A stretch of DNA of 63,972 bases, filler included, from Pseudogymnoascus verrucosus (taxonomy: Eukaryota), in NCBI GenBank assembly GCA_001662655.1. It is 5 parts of 5 records of this genome, joined end to end, with 100 filler letters (N's around TTAATTAATTAA, not from the genome) between each part and the next. Parts side by side here need not be neighbours in the genome. Positions count along the whole stretch, not along the records: positions 16,182 to 31,678 come from KV460301.1; positions 31,779 to 47,243 come from KV460302.1; 3 more parts are not named here. One strand, 5' to 3'. The first letter of the stretch is position 1, and the number at the start of each line of letters is the position of its first letter. The notes beneath the pieces were generated by a model. That model saw nothing but the letters and a program-made list of their open reading frames with translations. It did not search any database and had not been told where the DNA came from. Shown piece after piece: positions 24,544 through 38,000 of this stretch. The translations under genes were made by a program, and so were the position numbers.

Positions 24544-25410
24544 GGTGAGGAGGAAGCGGTGGGCGAGTGGCTTGTGGTTTGGTTTCTGCTGTGGATGGGG
24601 GAGGGTTCACTTCAGGTGGGTTAGGCACGTCAAGAGAAATGTCTAGGCGAAGAGAGCAGACCCTTTTCTTTTCTGCAGGTTTCTGTTTTTTCCTTTGTGA
24701 GAAGGATATGTTGTTGATAGGTTCCTGCTGCTACCCAGTCGTGTGTGGTAGGTTTATGTTGATGTTAGTTGTGAGAAGTTTGTGAGGGATGCGACAGACA
24801 GGATAGAAGTTGGTCTTGTGGTGGCATAGCGCTATTTTCTAAGGCGAAAATCCGGACGGGTAAGGCAGCCATATCGTATAAATTTTGGGTCGGCACTTTT
24901 GTCCCGACCCTTATTGTCAACATCCTTGTTTCACACTGTGTACTGTTTTCAGCTAAATTTCAGTTCACATTTTAACTTGAGAGGTATAATTTGAAAAGAA
25001 TGAATGCGGTGGCGGGATTTAACCTTTACCTTTGCCTTTTTTTCTTTTTTTTAAGACTCCCAGCTCTTACAGAGTCTCCCAGCCCTTACAGAGTGGTATT
25101 ATGCCAGTGTTTTTCACATTATAACTTGCACAGTATAAATAGAGTGGATTTTAACTTTTCATTTGATTCAAAGTCTGTATTATTCCAGATAATGTACAGA
25201 GTGGTATTATGTACTTGCGTTGTACTTGCGTTATTACTATTAATGGCCGTCATCCCAGCCGTGCTATTCATCAAACCCATGCCCATCCATAAAGCCCCAG
25301 ACTCCATCCTCAACGAATCTTGCGTTTTGGTCTCTGTCAATTACCAGTTATTCGTGAGCCTTCCCATCCATTACAATTTTGATATACATCCCATCTATCT
25401 NNTCAAATCC

Positions 25411-26646
25411 TCAAGTCGACTTCACGATCTTGGGCGCCGGCTGTGTCATGATAAGCTCCGTGCCAAAGACTCTATCCCAGAAGCGGCTCGTAACGCCGAA
25501 GCCGTTCTCATAGTCCATGAAGTGGTGCTGCATGTGCCATTTCTTCGTGTCCTGGTAGAACTCGGGGAGCTTGGCGTGGTGCAGGAAGTAGTGCGTCAGG
25601 TCGTACACCACGTATCCGAAGACGCCGCCGCAGAAGACGGCGGTGCCCATGTACCAGTTGAATGCGAAGATGGTGTGGGCGAGCTTCCAGAAGGGGGTTG
25701 CGAGGGCGAGGAAGAGGGTGGGGGGCATGACGAGACGGTATTTGTCCATGGGGAGGTAGTGGTGGACGCCGTGGAGGAGGAAGTGTAGGGTGATGGCCAC
25801 GCGGTTATCTGGGAGTTTTCTACATTGATAGTTAGTACCTGGGCCAGATCGGAGTTGTAGAATGGGAAGAACTTACTGGTCGAGATGGAAGAGGCATCTG
25901 TGAAGGCCATACTCCAGGAGTGTCCAAATAAACAGACCCAATCCGAAAAAGGCGACAACCCCCAAGTTACCCAGGCCCTCATGAGACAGATATAATCCAT
26001 ACGCCACCTGCGGGAGCCAGAGAATCGGAATCGTGTACCAAGAAGTCTTGCTAAGCGGCTCGAGGAAGTTTCCAAAGATGGGCGCGGAATCGCCACCCTT
26101 GTAATGCCTGGGCCGATGGACCTGCTCGAGGTAGAATTTCTTGCTGAAGCCTCCAAAGAAGACTTGCATCAGGAGCGGCTTGTTCAGGTCCAGGAACTTG
26201 TATTTCTTGTAGTCGTCGACGAGATCCGTGTCCTTGGACAGGTCCTCCGCGGAGCCGACTCCGGTTGCCTCGTACACCATGCGCCCCTCGTCGTCGAGGG
26301 CGCCGGTGGCTTTGCCGTTTGCTGCTCCGTTCCCGTTTAGTGTGGCTTGGTTCACGTTTCTGCGCTTGAGACTCGAGTCTGTGGATTCGTCGGAGAGGAA
26401 GCCAATGAGGCCGTCGTCGAGGATTTCGTATGCAGCGTCCGAGTGTGCGTGCGAGACCTCGTCTTTCAGAATCTCTGTGACATCCTTTCCAGCGTATTCG
26501 AGGATCAGATCTCCACCACCGGGATGTGAGTCGACAAAGTCGGAGAGGTCGATGACTTTCTCGCCCAGGGTGACATAGCAGTCTGTGGCGGTGTTATGCG
26601 ACTCGACCTCCGCCTTGGTGAATGTTGGGAGAGTCCGTGACGGCAT
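25411..26646 (-). CDS. SCS7: Sphingolipid fatty-acid alpha-hydroxylase (cytochrome b5 plus fatty acid hydroxylase domains), 2 exons
   Basis: HPGG heme motif; His boxes EYGLHRCLFH, HFLLHGVHHYLPMD, HYFLHH, HMQHHF. Intron 25876-25820 gives LDQKLPDNRVAITLH. Confidence 0.96.
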
Positions 26647-28032
26647 GATGATGATGTTTGAAGGGACAGACAGCGATAATAAAGCAAATAATGTGTGCTT
26701 TTAGGAGTGTCGGGACTCGAGATCTCGAGGGTAGGGTGAGCGGCGAATAGCTTAATCGACAAAAAGGAGGGGAGGGTGGATATGGGGCCCAACTAAATAA
26801 CAGGCAGCAACGGTCTTCACAGCGGAGCGAGTACCGCAGTGAAGAGTTTGCAATGTGTATAAACGGTAGTCGAGGGCGATAATAAATAATTGAAGCTTGC
26901 AAAGGGAGTTGTAGCTCTTTTAAGTGTGCTCTGGGATTGGGGTGCAAGTTATATTCTTCACAGCTCAGGAGATCTTTCTTTTTCGTTTTGGCCCGGAAGG
27001 GCGGGAGTACGCGTCGGTGGTCGGTGGCATATGAAATTTGCAGGGGACCGATTTGGGTGGTTTGAGTGGTTTGGCTGGTAAACGTTATGCGGTCAACATT
27101 TTGCGGCAGGGGCGTGGGTACGTTTGGGTGGAACTTGGGCTGTTTTTCTTGGGCGCTAGCGGTGTTTAGCGGTGTTTAACAAATGTTTAGCAGTGTTAGT
27201 AAGCGCTGTAGTCAGTAAAATCGGAGCGCTCGGAGACAAAATGCGTGAAAATGCGTGAAAATGCACGGGGCAACGAATCTGGCATATGAGCGGCATTGCT
27301 TATTAAGTTTTGGCATGTACCAGTACATTGTGATGTGCGGTGGACGGCACGGCCAAGGAGGTACTTTGTACTTCTAGATTTGTTTACAAAAGACATAGCC
27401 TATGGTCATAGCCTATGCCTTTTGTTGTCTCTTTTGTTGTCTTTGTAGTAATCTGTCTCTGTCTTGTCTGAGATGGGTTATTTATTATACGACCAGTTAT
27501 ATTTCCGTGTGAGCAGCTGTACTTCCTATGCTGTGTGTCCATATTCACTCTGGTGGTAAGAGTATTTATGCCCAAAAAGTCCGAGGATGAGTGAGGCCAA
27601 GCCTGAACTGCTAACAGTCTGTATTTTATTTACAGTTGTACAGTTGTAAATAAAGTAAAGACTCTAATAAGCCAGTCACTCAAAGATTGGACCAGAGAGG
27701 AAATTCCATGCGCTTTTAATACCAATATCCATTCTTACCCGAACACAGTAATTGTGTCTGCCTGCTGAAGCCGCCTCCTCCTTGCTTGTTCTGAGCTGAT
27801 GCGACCAAACTCATGCCAAGTGTTTACCCCACCAACCAACCAACCTACCATTTCTTGTTTGCAAATAGTCAACATCCCACCAACGACACCTCCTACTCCC
27901 TCCGAGCATTGTGTTGTCTGCAAAGTGCTCTTCAGACATTCGACCCCATCCCCCCCTAGCTAGAAAGGCGACCCTTCTTTTTAACTCCCGCCGCGAGGAC
28001 CCTTCAACGCCCCATTGCCCCTCCTTTTAGCT

Positions 28033-30712
28033 ATGACGATGTCGCTCTCATCACGTGGAAGCGTTTTTCTCGTCCTCTGTCTCGTCCTGGTGCTCTGTCC
28101 AGCGCCGGCTCTGGCATTTGGAGCTGGAAATATTCCAGGTATTTCGACTGTCGAAGGGCAGAACTGGCGTCATGGCGATATCGAGGATATGCTCAAGACA
28201 GTGGCGTTTCTTAAGGGCCACAAGTGGTCGACTATGATGATTAAGAGGGTTTATTTTGGAAATTGGCTGCGTGACTACAGGTGAATTTTATATTGATATT
28301 TAATACTGCGGAAAGTCACTAATATCTCTGCAGTCAGGCTATTGATGTTGGCTCCGTGAAGGGAGTCCCTGCTCCCACGATTCGTATTCTGGTAAGACGT
28401 CACTTAACATTACCCGCTGCCATTCGTGGAACTATTAAAGCTATAGTGAGAAAGAAACATAATTAACCATAATCTAGGTTTGGATTCTGAGTTTCTTGTC
28501 TTTCGGTTATGCCACCGGGGAATTCGAGGTCACCGAGGAGAGACTCGGTGTCTACCGCCCCGAGGAGCACATTGACAACCCCAAGGACTATGCTGACAAC
28601 GAGGACGCAAGGAAGTACGATCCCCGTCTCAGAGGCCCCATCCAGAAAGAGGAGCTCTTGATCGATCCTGCCACAGGTATGAAGAATTACATCGCCAATG
28701 ACCGTGGTGGATGGGCAACCAGCTCTGGCTACATCAGATACAGCGTAACAAGAAGTATTCACTTTGGCCGCGTTTACACTCATGGTGGAGGTGGATCTAG
28801 CGGCAAAGATGCAGACTTGAGCGAGGCTCTTAGGTGCTTGGGTCAAAGTCTTCATTGTCTTGAGGTATGTGGTTAAAGCATCGCCGACACCACGATGAAG
28901 CCTATACTATAGTTTCTAACATGAGAAACAGGATTGGGGTGCTCACACCAACTACTGCGAGCTTGCACTTATCGAGCTTGGCTTCAATGACGTGTTTCCA
29001 CACGTTGGAAGTGCAACAAAGATCAACCTGAATGGCAAACACGTCTACCCCTTGACGACCGGAACGTTTGGTGCTGTAGACTTCTTGCATTCTGTAAGTC
29101 CACATCCAACTTCCTCTCTATAGGAACCCAACTGACCTTAGCAGATGCTTGGAGAAGCCACAGACCACTTCACCCAGTCCGAGATTGAGGAGATGGACCT
29201 AGCTCTCTTGAACGCCCAGCTTGCAACCAAGGGTGAAGGAACCCGCGGATTCTTCGGCTCAGGTTCCAACGGTGGCGATGATTTCTTGAACCTCCTGTCC
29301 CAAATCCCAGGCCAAGGATCAGGATTAGCAAGCCAAGCTCGCGATCTCCAGGCCCAGTCGCAGGCCCAAGAATATGAGAACGAGGCCACCAGAGCCTCTG
29401 GAGGCCAGACATTCCAAGCCCCCCCCGGCTCTGTTGGCGGACCTCCCGGCCCTGGAATCCCAGGAATGAGCCCGGCTTTCGATGCCCAGAAGACCATTGC
29501 TCGGATCTATCCCATACTAGAGTTCCGTGACAAGATCGTCAAGTCCATCAATGCCACTATCGCTAAGATCCCAGGGCTTGAAAAGTTAGTGGAGACTATT
29601 AGCGAGAAGATCACGGTGTTCATCATGTCGCTTCTTGCACCATTCATCAGACCCATCATCGAGAAGGTCTCGAAGGCCCTGCAGGATGGATCGGGCGCCG
29701 TGGTAAAGTCGAGCTCTGACCAGCAATTCGTCGTATGGAACGACCCGAACTCCAGTGATCCAACTCACTCCATGCTCTCCAAGGNNNNNNNNNNNNNNNN
29801 NNNNNNNNNNNNNNNNNNNNNNNNNNNNNNNNNNNNNNNNNNNNNNNNNNNNNNNNNNNCTAACCCCCCTCCCCCAGCCGCATCCTCTACGCCTGGGAAC
29901 ACCCCGGCGTCCCCGTCGACGAAGTAATCGCCGACATCCTGAACGTCTTCCACCACCCCGCCGCGCGCAACGAGCGCCTCGAGATCCACCGCAACATGTT
30001 CAACACCGTCAAGAAATGGGTCGACGAGAACCCGCACCGCAGCAACCTCAACCACGTCCTCGGCTCCGCCTCCGTCAAGTCGGGCGGGAACCACAAGGGC
30101 GGGAATCCAGCCGTTCACTCCCATGGCCCGGATAACTCCCATAGTGGATTCGGAGGGTATGGGCAGGCTGCTAGCGCGGTGTGGGGGAAGATCCAAGCCC
30201 GTGATCTGGGTGCGATGCGCGAGATTGATGATGTGCCATCTCGTGGTATCTCGCCCTCGCCATCGACACCCGTTGGTGCGTTCGGATACTCGTCTGCCCC
30301 AGGCGGCGCTCCTTCCTACGGCGGCGGCAGCGGTGGGGGTGAACCGTATCTAGGCGCTCAATCCGGACCATCGGGTTACTCCTACGACAACGCCGCGCCA
30401 GCATCAAGCTACCAAGCCTCAAGCGGCGGGGGATACCAAGCCCAAGAACCGTACCAAGGTGGTGGCTACGGAGGCGGCTACGGAGGCGCGCCGCCGCAGC
30501 CATCATATGGCGGCCCCGGTGGACCTGGTGGTTATCCCCCTCAGCAATCGGGAGGATGGCAGCAGGGTCCTCCTCCGCCACAGCAGGGTGGGTGGCAGCA
30601 GGGACCTCCTCAGGGACCACCGCAGCAGCAGGGAGGGTATCCTGGGCAGGGGTATCCGGGGCAGGGAGGGGGTGGGTATCCGGGGCAGGGGTATGGGGGG
30701 GGGAGGTATTAG
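28033..30712 (+). CDS. HET-C domain protein with signal peptide and Gly/Gln/Tyr/Pro-rich C-terminal tail, multi-exon
   Basis: AFGAGNI, WRHGDIED, RVYFGNWLRDYSQAIDVG, LGVYRPEEHIDNPKDY, LGQSLHCLEDWGAHTNYCEL, DPTHSMLSK, VFHHPA. One N gap at 29785-29859. Confidence 0.93.
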
Positions 30713-31032
30713 GGGGAAGTGAGATATTAGAGGGGGGGAGGTGAATATAGGTGATGGGGGGTTTATATGGAGGGGAGGTTTTTGAGTTAAAGGTGTGATG
30801 CGTAGAGGGGTGGGTATGCGATGATTTTGCATTGTGAGATATCCGCTACAGAATGAGTTACGAGAGGGGGTAGTTTGGCGACGAATTTACTCCTTATTTC
30901 AGCAGTCCTCACATCACTGACACTTGACACTAACACATAAGATGCGCACCAAAATGCATTCATTCACCCCTCCCAAACTCCCTACTCCATCCCACATGCT
31001 ACCCCTTTTCCCTTCTCCCCCCTAATCGTCAC

Positions 31033-31678
31033 TCACGCCCTAATAATCTTCCTCTTAACCTTCTTCGGCTTCCCCTCCCCCCCTCCTCCCNNNNNNNNNN
31101 NNNNNNNNNNNNNNNNNNNNNNNNNNNNNNNNNNNNNNNNNNNNNNNNNNNNNNNNNNNNNNNNNNNNNNNNNNNNNNNNNNNNNNNNNNNNNNNNNNNN
31201 NNNNNNNNNNNNNNNNNNNNNNNNNNNNNNNNNNNNNNNNNNNNNNNNNNNNNNNNNNNNNNNNNNNNGTGGTGGGGTTGGCGCGGAGGTGGGCGGCTAC
31301 TAGGAGGTAGAGGTGGTGTTCTGGGGGGTGTTGTTAGCTTGGATCGAAACTAAAATCAAAATCCCCTCCATATACAGCTAGGCCTTCTTCCAAGTAGGCA
31401 AGATAGGTAGGGTAAAGTGAGCAGCTTGGGAGGTAGGGAACACATACTACTCTGCACATTCTTATTATCCCCCCCCTTAACCCTCACCTTCACCCTGCCG
31501 GGGTTACTCCAATCCTTCGGATGCAACTTCGTCGGCTCAAACAACGTCTCCAACCTCAACCGTCCACATGCATTCACAATCTCCCTCGCCATCGGATTCT
31601 CCACCGCCAACTCCCTCCCTACCCTGCGTCCCTCCGCCCTACTGCGGTTCTTGTCAAAGTACACAGGGTACAAGCACT
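31033..31678 (-). CDS. SEC65: Signal recognition particle SRP19/Sec65 subunit, 5'-partial and gapped
   Basis: CLYPVYFDKNRSRAEGRRV..LAVENP.AREI, LFEPTKLHPKDWSNPGRVKV, HHLYLLVAAHLRANPT, C-terminal KPKKVKRKIIRA*. Confidence 0.92.
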
Positions 31679-31778
31679 NNNNNNNNNNNNNNNNNNNNNN
31701 NNNNNNNNNNNNNNNNNNNNNNTTAATTAATTAANNNNNNNNNNNNNNNNNNNNNNNNNNNNNNNNNNNNNNNNNNNN
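31679..31778. other. Artificial scaffold spacer
   Basis: TTAATTAATTAA at 31723-31734 within N runs. Confidence 0.95.
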
Positions 31779-31902
31779 CAGCCTCAAAGATTCGAATCAT
31801 GACTCGAATCAGATTCGAGTCATGATTCGGCGAATACCTCAAAAATATGAATGATTCGGCGGATCGCCGAATAGTATTCGGGGGGTGATTCGCCGCACAC
31901 TG
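31779..31902. mobile_element. Terminus of a hAT-like DNA transposon
   Basis: Ends ...GATTCGCCGCACACTG (reverse complement CAGTGTGCGGCGAATC) with dense GATTCG/CGAAT subterminal repeats; lies at a contig edge. Confidence 0.55.
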
Positions 31903-32282
31903 AACTAGATAGTATAGTAGTAGGCGCGTGTAGCTATCTCTATTTAAAGTATATGTACGCTATGTAGGTAGGGATATGTATAGTATAGAGTTCGTATATA
32001 GTAACGAGGCGTAGGTGTAATAGGATAGAGCTGCTATTAAATGGATGTTAATGGGCGCGACCGGATTATGCTACTATAACGCAGTAGTAGGTGCCGCTGA
32101 CGGGATGGTGCCGCCCTTCGGTAACTAGAATGGTGCCGCCTTGTCGATGCGGATGCCGCTGTTCGGATGCCGCCGCCGAATCCCATTTATGACCCGAGAT
32201 ATACATTTGAATTACAACACTACAGAACGGTTTTAGGATATTAGGAAGAGTGAAAAATAGAGTTTAAGTATACTGTAATCAA

Positions 32283-34830
32283 TTCCCGTAAACCGTATCA
32301 GTTCCTATAAAAGCGCCTTAGAATGGCAGGTGTCTATAAACTTCTCGCGGGTATAGTGTCACGTTAGTACTTATGTAGCAGCAAGTAAATCTTTCACCAC
32401 AACCGCTATAAATGCTCTATGATCCTTAAAATCAAGCAGGAGATAGAATGGGCATGTGCGCTTTATTCCCCGTGGTCGGTATCAGTTCTCGAGAACGGGT
32501 TTCAGTTCGGATCAGTTTGAAAGATACTAGATGTATATACAGTACATCCCCAAACCTACGCAGCAACAGCGCACTATGTTCCCACACCTACAACTCACCA
32601 CGTTATGCTCTAATACTCCTCATACTCAAATGGGAGATAATTCACATATATCTAATTCAAACCCCGCGGTCGGTATCAGTTGTAAACAAGTAGTATCAGT
32701 TCGCATCAGTTTTGAAAACCGGATGCCTCTGCGGTTCCGCTCATACTTTACCGGAACCCGGCTAGTTACTATATACAGCATCTTGTAGCAGCCACAGCAC
32801 GCCACGCTATAGTCGGATCTGTATAAAATTCAATCGTAGTATAATTCACATGTATCTAATTCAATTCCCGCGGTCGGTATCAGTTGTGAGCAAGTGGTAT
32901 CAGTTAGGATCAGTTTGGTAGACCGAGTGCGCGGGCTGCTTATAATCCCATTACGGAACCCGACCATTCACTATAGGTAGCATCTTGCAACGGCCACAAC
33001 TCGCCACCCCATAGTCACATCCTTCTTAAATCCAGTTATACAATAGTTCAGATGCATAGAATCCATTCCCCGCGGTCGGTATCAGTTGTGGGTAAGTGGT
33101 TTCAGTTCGGATCAGTTTGGTAGACGGGGTGCGCTAGCCTCTCATGATTACTACAGAATGCATCATCTTGCAGCGGCCACAACCCGTCATCCCGTAGTCG
33201 TATCGATCTAGAATTTAATTATACGATAGTTCACATGCATAGAATCCATTTCCCGCGGTCGGTATCAGTTGTACGCAAGTGGTTTCAGTTCGGATCAGTT
33301 TGGCGTAGTAGGTGCGCTGGCTGCTAATGAAAACTATTATATGATGCCAACCACTCAACACGCCACAGCCTGTAGCTCACTACGCCACGGCCTATAGCTC
33401 ACCACGCTGCTATCGGAGGGTTTTCAAATTCAGACATACGATACTATAGGCATTTACGTACAGTTTCCCGCGGTCGGTATCAGTTTCGAGTAAGTGGTTT
33501 CAGTTCGGATCAGTTTGGCGTAGTCGCGCCTCAGCAGGGCAATGTGAGAGCCGCGCGCCTTACCATGCTACAGCCTATAGCTCACCACGCTGCTATCAGC
33601 GGGTTCTAAAATTCACAGATACGATACTATAGGCATTTATGTACAGCTTCCCGCGGTCGGTATCAGTTTCGAGTAAGTGGTTTCAGTTCGGATCAGTTTG
33701 GCGCAGCGGGCTTCAACAGTAGTAATGCCATACGGGGACTGTACACAGAACACACCACCTTAGAGAAGGGACAGCACATAACACAAGAATCGTAACTGGT
33801 TGAGATTTAAATACAGGATACTATAGACCTATATATTCGTTTCCCCGTGGTCGGTATCAGTTGTAGAAAGGCGGTTTCAGTTTAGATCAGTTTGGCGCCG
33901 TAGACAATGTGAGAGTTGGGCGCTCGCAGCATATGCGCGCGTCATATACATAGAACGCATCGGCCTCTGGTAGATATAGCACACGACGTGATTATCATAG
34001 GCAATAGAGATTGAAATCTAGAGTAATATAGACCTATACAAGTTATTTCCCGTGGTCGGTATCAGTTCTAGGTAAGCCGTTTCAGTTTGGATCAGTTTTG
34101 AGATGCCTCCTCAGACCGGTAGGGCTTGTCACGTAGAACGCGCCATGTTACAACGCACGTAGCTCATCACGCTATAACTATAGATACCTCATTTTGAAAA
34201 CCTTGATTCTATAGACCTCTATACGCTATTCGCCGTGGTCGGTATCAGTTGTGAACAGTTTGTTTCAGTTTGGATCAGTTTTGAAATCCTGCGTAGATAG
34301 GCAAATCCAGACAGGCGAAGCCGGATAGGCGGGACATACCATCCTGTAATAACACACCATCTTACAACAGGCACAGCTCACCACATCAAGGTCGCAAATG
34401 CTTCATTTTTAAAATCTTAATTCTATAGACCTGTACACATTATTCTCCGTGGTCGGTATCAGTTGCGAACAGCTGGTTTCAGTTTGGATCAGTTTTAAAG
34501 TCCTGTGTAAACAGGCAAAGCGAAGCCGGACAGCCACCTTACAACTAGCACAGCTCACCACGCTACGGTCGCAAATGCTTCATTTTTGGACATGGAACTC
34601 TATATACATATACGTCTTGTTTACCGTAGTCGGTATAACTTTTGATCAATGGGTCAGGGACGCGATACGATTCCCAAGTGACTATTCCCGCAACGCATAC
34701 ATCTCGCCACACCACGGTCGCAAATGCCTGGTTTTTGGATATGGGTTTGTACCGGCATTTCAGTACCGATCCTTGTGGTTGGTATCAGTTGTGCGCAACG
34801 CGTTGGGAAGCATTTGGATCAGTTGCGCAC
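32283..34830. repeat. Array A: ~14 units of mostly 183-215 bp, each with a conserved ~55-bp core CCCGYGGTCGGTATCAGTT-N11-GT[TA]TCAGTT-N3-ATCAGTTT
   Basis: First core ATCAGTT (or its degenerate equivalent) at 32297(deg), 32481, 32675, 32879, 33081, 33264, 33479, 33662, 33856, 34061, 34244, 34458, 34635(deg), 34784(deg). Confidence 0.95.
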
Positions 34831-35011
34831 AACGCGTTGGGGAGCCCAACCTGTTTGGACAGGCGAAGCGCGTCGCAACTCCGCGATGGAAAAAGGCTAT
34901 AATACACGATTCAAACAGGCAAGCATTTACAAACCCATCCCGATGCAAACGGAAAGTCGTTTCATTTCTAACTCTACTCTAGCGACAACGCGAAGCAAAT
35001 GGAGCCACAGT

Positions 35012-38000
35012 CTACCCGATCACGATAGGTTCCAGTAAAAAGAATCCAGCCGTAGCTGGTAAAGCATTGACGGAGCGGAGACGCGGGGCTAGTGGGAGGA
35101 TGGTAGGGATCCCGTCAGCGCCGTACATGATGCACGGCGTTCCTTCCTCTATGCAGCCACCACAGCACCAATTTCCTGCTTCGTGGGCATTATCCGGCCT
35201 ATTCCGCCGTCTGTTCACACGGTGGAAAACGCATCGCACGGCTAGAGGATTTGGGCGCCACCACTTCTTTCTGTCTCTTAGCGGGATGATGGCAGCCGTG
35301 ATGGTGCCGAGAGTCTCCTCATGAACATGGGACGTGAACACGCCATTTCCCAAAGTGCTAGAGACCAAGAACCGAAAATCGAGGCTCCCGACGGCAACAC
35401 CAGGCGGGGCCTCGATGCGCGAAGGCACGGGCACAGCAGAGGGACCTGCAGAGGTTGCGACAGGGACGGGCCCAGCCGGGGTCGCAGAAGTTGACGCGAT
35501 AGGACCAACCGGGTTTGCAGGGGGCATAACAGGGCTATGTCCGGACACGTTGGTTGCGATATACAGAGGGGAGTTTCCGGACACGGATGGGACCACAGGA
35601 GAAGTTTCGGTCGCAGAAGCCTCGGTCGCGTTTGGTTCAATCACAGAAGTATGCACGGGGGTAGGCAATCTGGCTTTGGTCATGGGAATATCAGCATCCA
35701 ACTCACGATGCTTACTACCGGCGGCATGACGGCTATTGATAGGCCCGCCTGTCCCGGTGGTATCAGAAATCTCGGCGCTGCTCGTGGCCATGGGCGTATC
35801 ACCACTGGCGGCATGTCGACCATTGATTGGCCCGCCTGTCCCAGCAGTTCCAACAAACTCATTGCGGGTATCACGAAGCTCACCGCCGGCGGCATATCGA
35901 CCACTGATCGGTTGCGCTCCGTGATGGAGACTCGTCGGTGCGCTGCGAGGGGGAGCTCGCAGTCGGCGAGAAGGGAGATGGCCCATCGCGCGGCGGACTC
36001 GTCGTCATAGATGATCCCGGGCGCGGAGGAGGGCTCATGCTCGTGAATGACGACGATGAAATGGACGAGGAACGAGAAAATGGCCTGCTCGGCTCGCAAC
36101 CCACAGACGCGATCGATGGCCTGTCCAACCCACAGCCCACAGACACGCGCGCCTTTCGGCGTCTCTCTGCCTCCTCCTCTTCCTCCTGCTGCGCTTTCCG
36201 GACGCGCTCTCTCTCGTCTGCAGCAGCGCGCTTGAATTCGTTGGCGACTGCTTTGGTCACCTCCCCCTTCGTCGCGGAATCCCCAATCACAGTCAGGATC
36301 GTTTCCATCCTGCTGTCCTCTGACCCATCGACCGATTTCTGCAGGCGCTGGACCTTCTCGTCCATTTGGGCCAGACAATCGGATATCCTCTTGATCGACA
36401 TCTCGAAGATAGAAGACATGACACTGTCTCGTCGCAGGTCCCAGAGAAGTTCCCGGATGCCGTTCCGCGAGTTGGTCACCGTGTCATCGACCTTAGACTG
36501 AACGGCCCGCATTGATGAGTCGATTTCGCTGATAATCCTCGCCCGGTTAGAGTGTGCCTCTAGCCGTGCTGTACTGGCCTCCTCGATGATTGCACGTTGA
36601 GCTTTCTCGATGGTTGTCTCAAGCATATCCTTTGTGAGGTCTACTCGATCACCAAATGCGCTTAGGATGGCGGAGAATCCGTCCGATTTCATCGCCACTC
36701 CCGCCATCTCGGCAACAGACTTGCTGAGCAGGTCGAGCTCGAAGACGGTATCTCCGATTCTGTTGCCGTTGAGATCTGCAGCGATGCCGATCTTGCTGAG
36801 CCGCCGTTGGGTATCTGCCATGCCCCTCTTGATCTGCTCGGACTGCATCGTTACGGCGTTCTCAATCGTCGACAACCTCGACGTGCTCGTGTTTGCTATC
36901 GAGTTAAGCTTCCCAAGCGACTCGGCGATAGCGTGGGACTTCTCGAGAGAGGCAATCTTTACGGAATGCTCGTTCTTCTGCGCGTCGTATAGCGCTTCTG
37001 CTTTCTCTGCACGAACGGTCATCTGCGTGATCTGGCCCCGAAGGGATTGGTTTGCCTCCTCTACCTTTCCTGCGACAACGGAATTCTGGCGGAGGGCGGT
37101 ATTCTCGTGCTCAAGCCGTACAATATACCCCGAATTAGCCGCCTCGATAGCAGTCGTTATCTTGGCAAGTACGTCCTGCGTCTTCGCCGCATTCGAGACA
37201 TCTGCCTCAAGCTTTGCGATGGCTAGAGTCTTCTCCTTAATGGCATTATAGCCTGATAGGATGTCACCCTGGAGGTGCTCAACTAACGCGCCCTTCCGGG
37301 TGTTGTCGCGAACGAGGTTCTCTTGCGCGGCCATTATGACAACCTTCTCCTGGTTGAGGGTAGCAACCTGGTCCGCAAGATCGGTGACGCGCAGCCCCGA
37401 TGCCGTCTTCTCTTGCATAAAGCGGCCAACCTGAAGAAGCAGCCTTCGGTTTTCCCCTACCAAACCGGCGTTGGCAGTGCGCAGTCCGTCTACTGCCGTT
37501 TTAGCCTCTGCCTCAACCACTGCGATCCTTGTCGCCGAGTCTTGCGCTGACGTATGCGCCTGGAGGCGCTCCGTCGCCATCCTTAGCCCGTCCTCCGCTA
37601 TCTTTTTCCGGAGAGTGCTGATGGTCGCAGCATCTCGAGATGTAGCATCTCGTGCGGCATTGAGGGCAGCGGCATCCGACTGCTTCAATGCATCCAGGTC
37701 CACAGTATATTTATTTTTCTCGTCCTGAAACTCCTTCCTCATCGCATCGAGATCGGCTTCAAGCCTCTCCTTCTCCTTCCTCATCGCATTAAGACTCTCC
37801 CTCTCATCCCGTAGCGCATCCATCTCAGCCTTCTCCTTGTCCCTCTCCTTCCTCATTGCATCAAGATCCGCCTCCCCCTTCTCCCTCTCTTTCCTCATCG
37901 CATCCAGCTCAATTTGAAGCCTTTCCTTCTCCTTCCTCGTCGCATCCATCTCCGCCTTCTCTTTCCCCCTCTCATCCCGCAACTGCTTTATCACCCCCTC

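Noticed and set aside
24991..25788. 265-aa plus-strand ORF
   Set aside because: Antisense shadow of SCS7 and its 3' region.
32283..34830. Array A as a CRISPR array
   Set aside because: Eukaryotic context, no cas genes, inter-core segments are 130-160 bp and partly homologous to each other, and I found no matches for them elsewhere in the window.
32448..34982. Array A as a protein repeat (PAVGISCEQVVSVRISL-like ORFs)
   Set aside because: Many unit lengths are not multiples of 3, stops occur between cores, and third codon positions are as conserved as the others.
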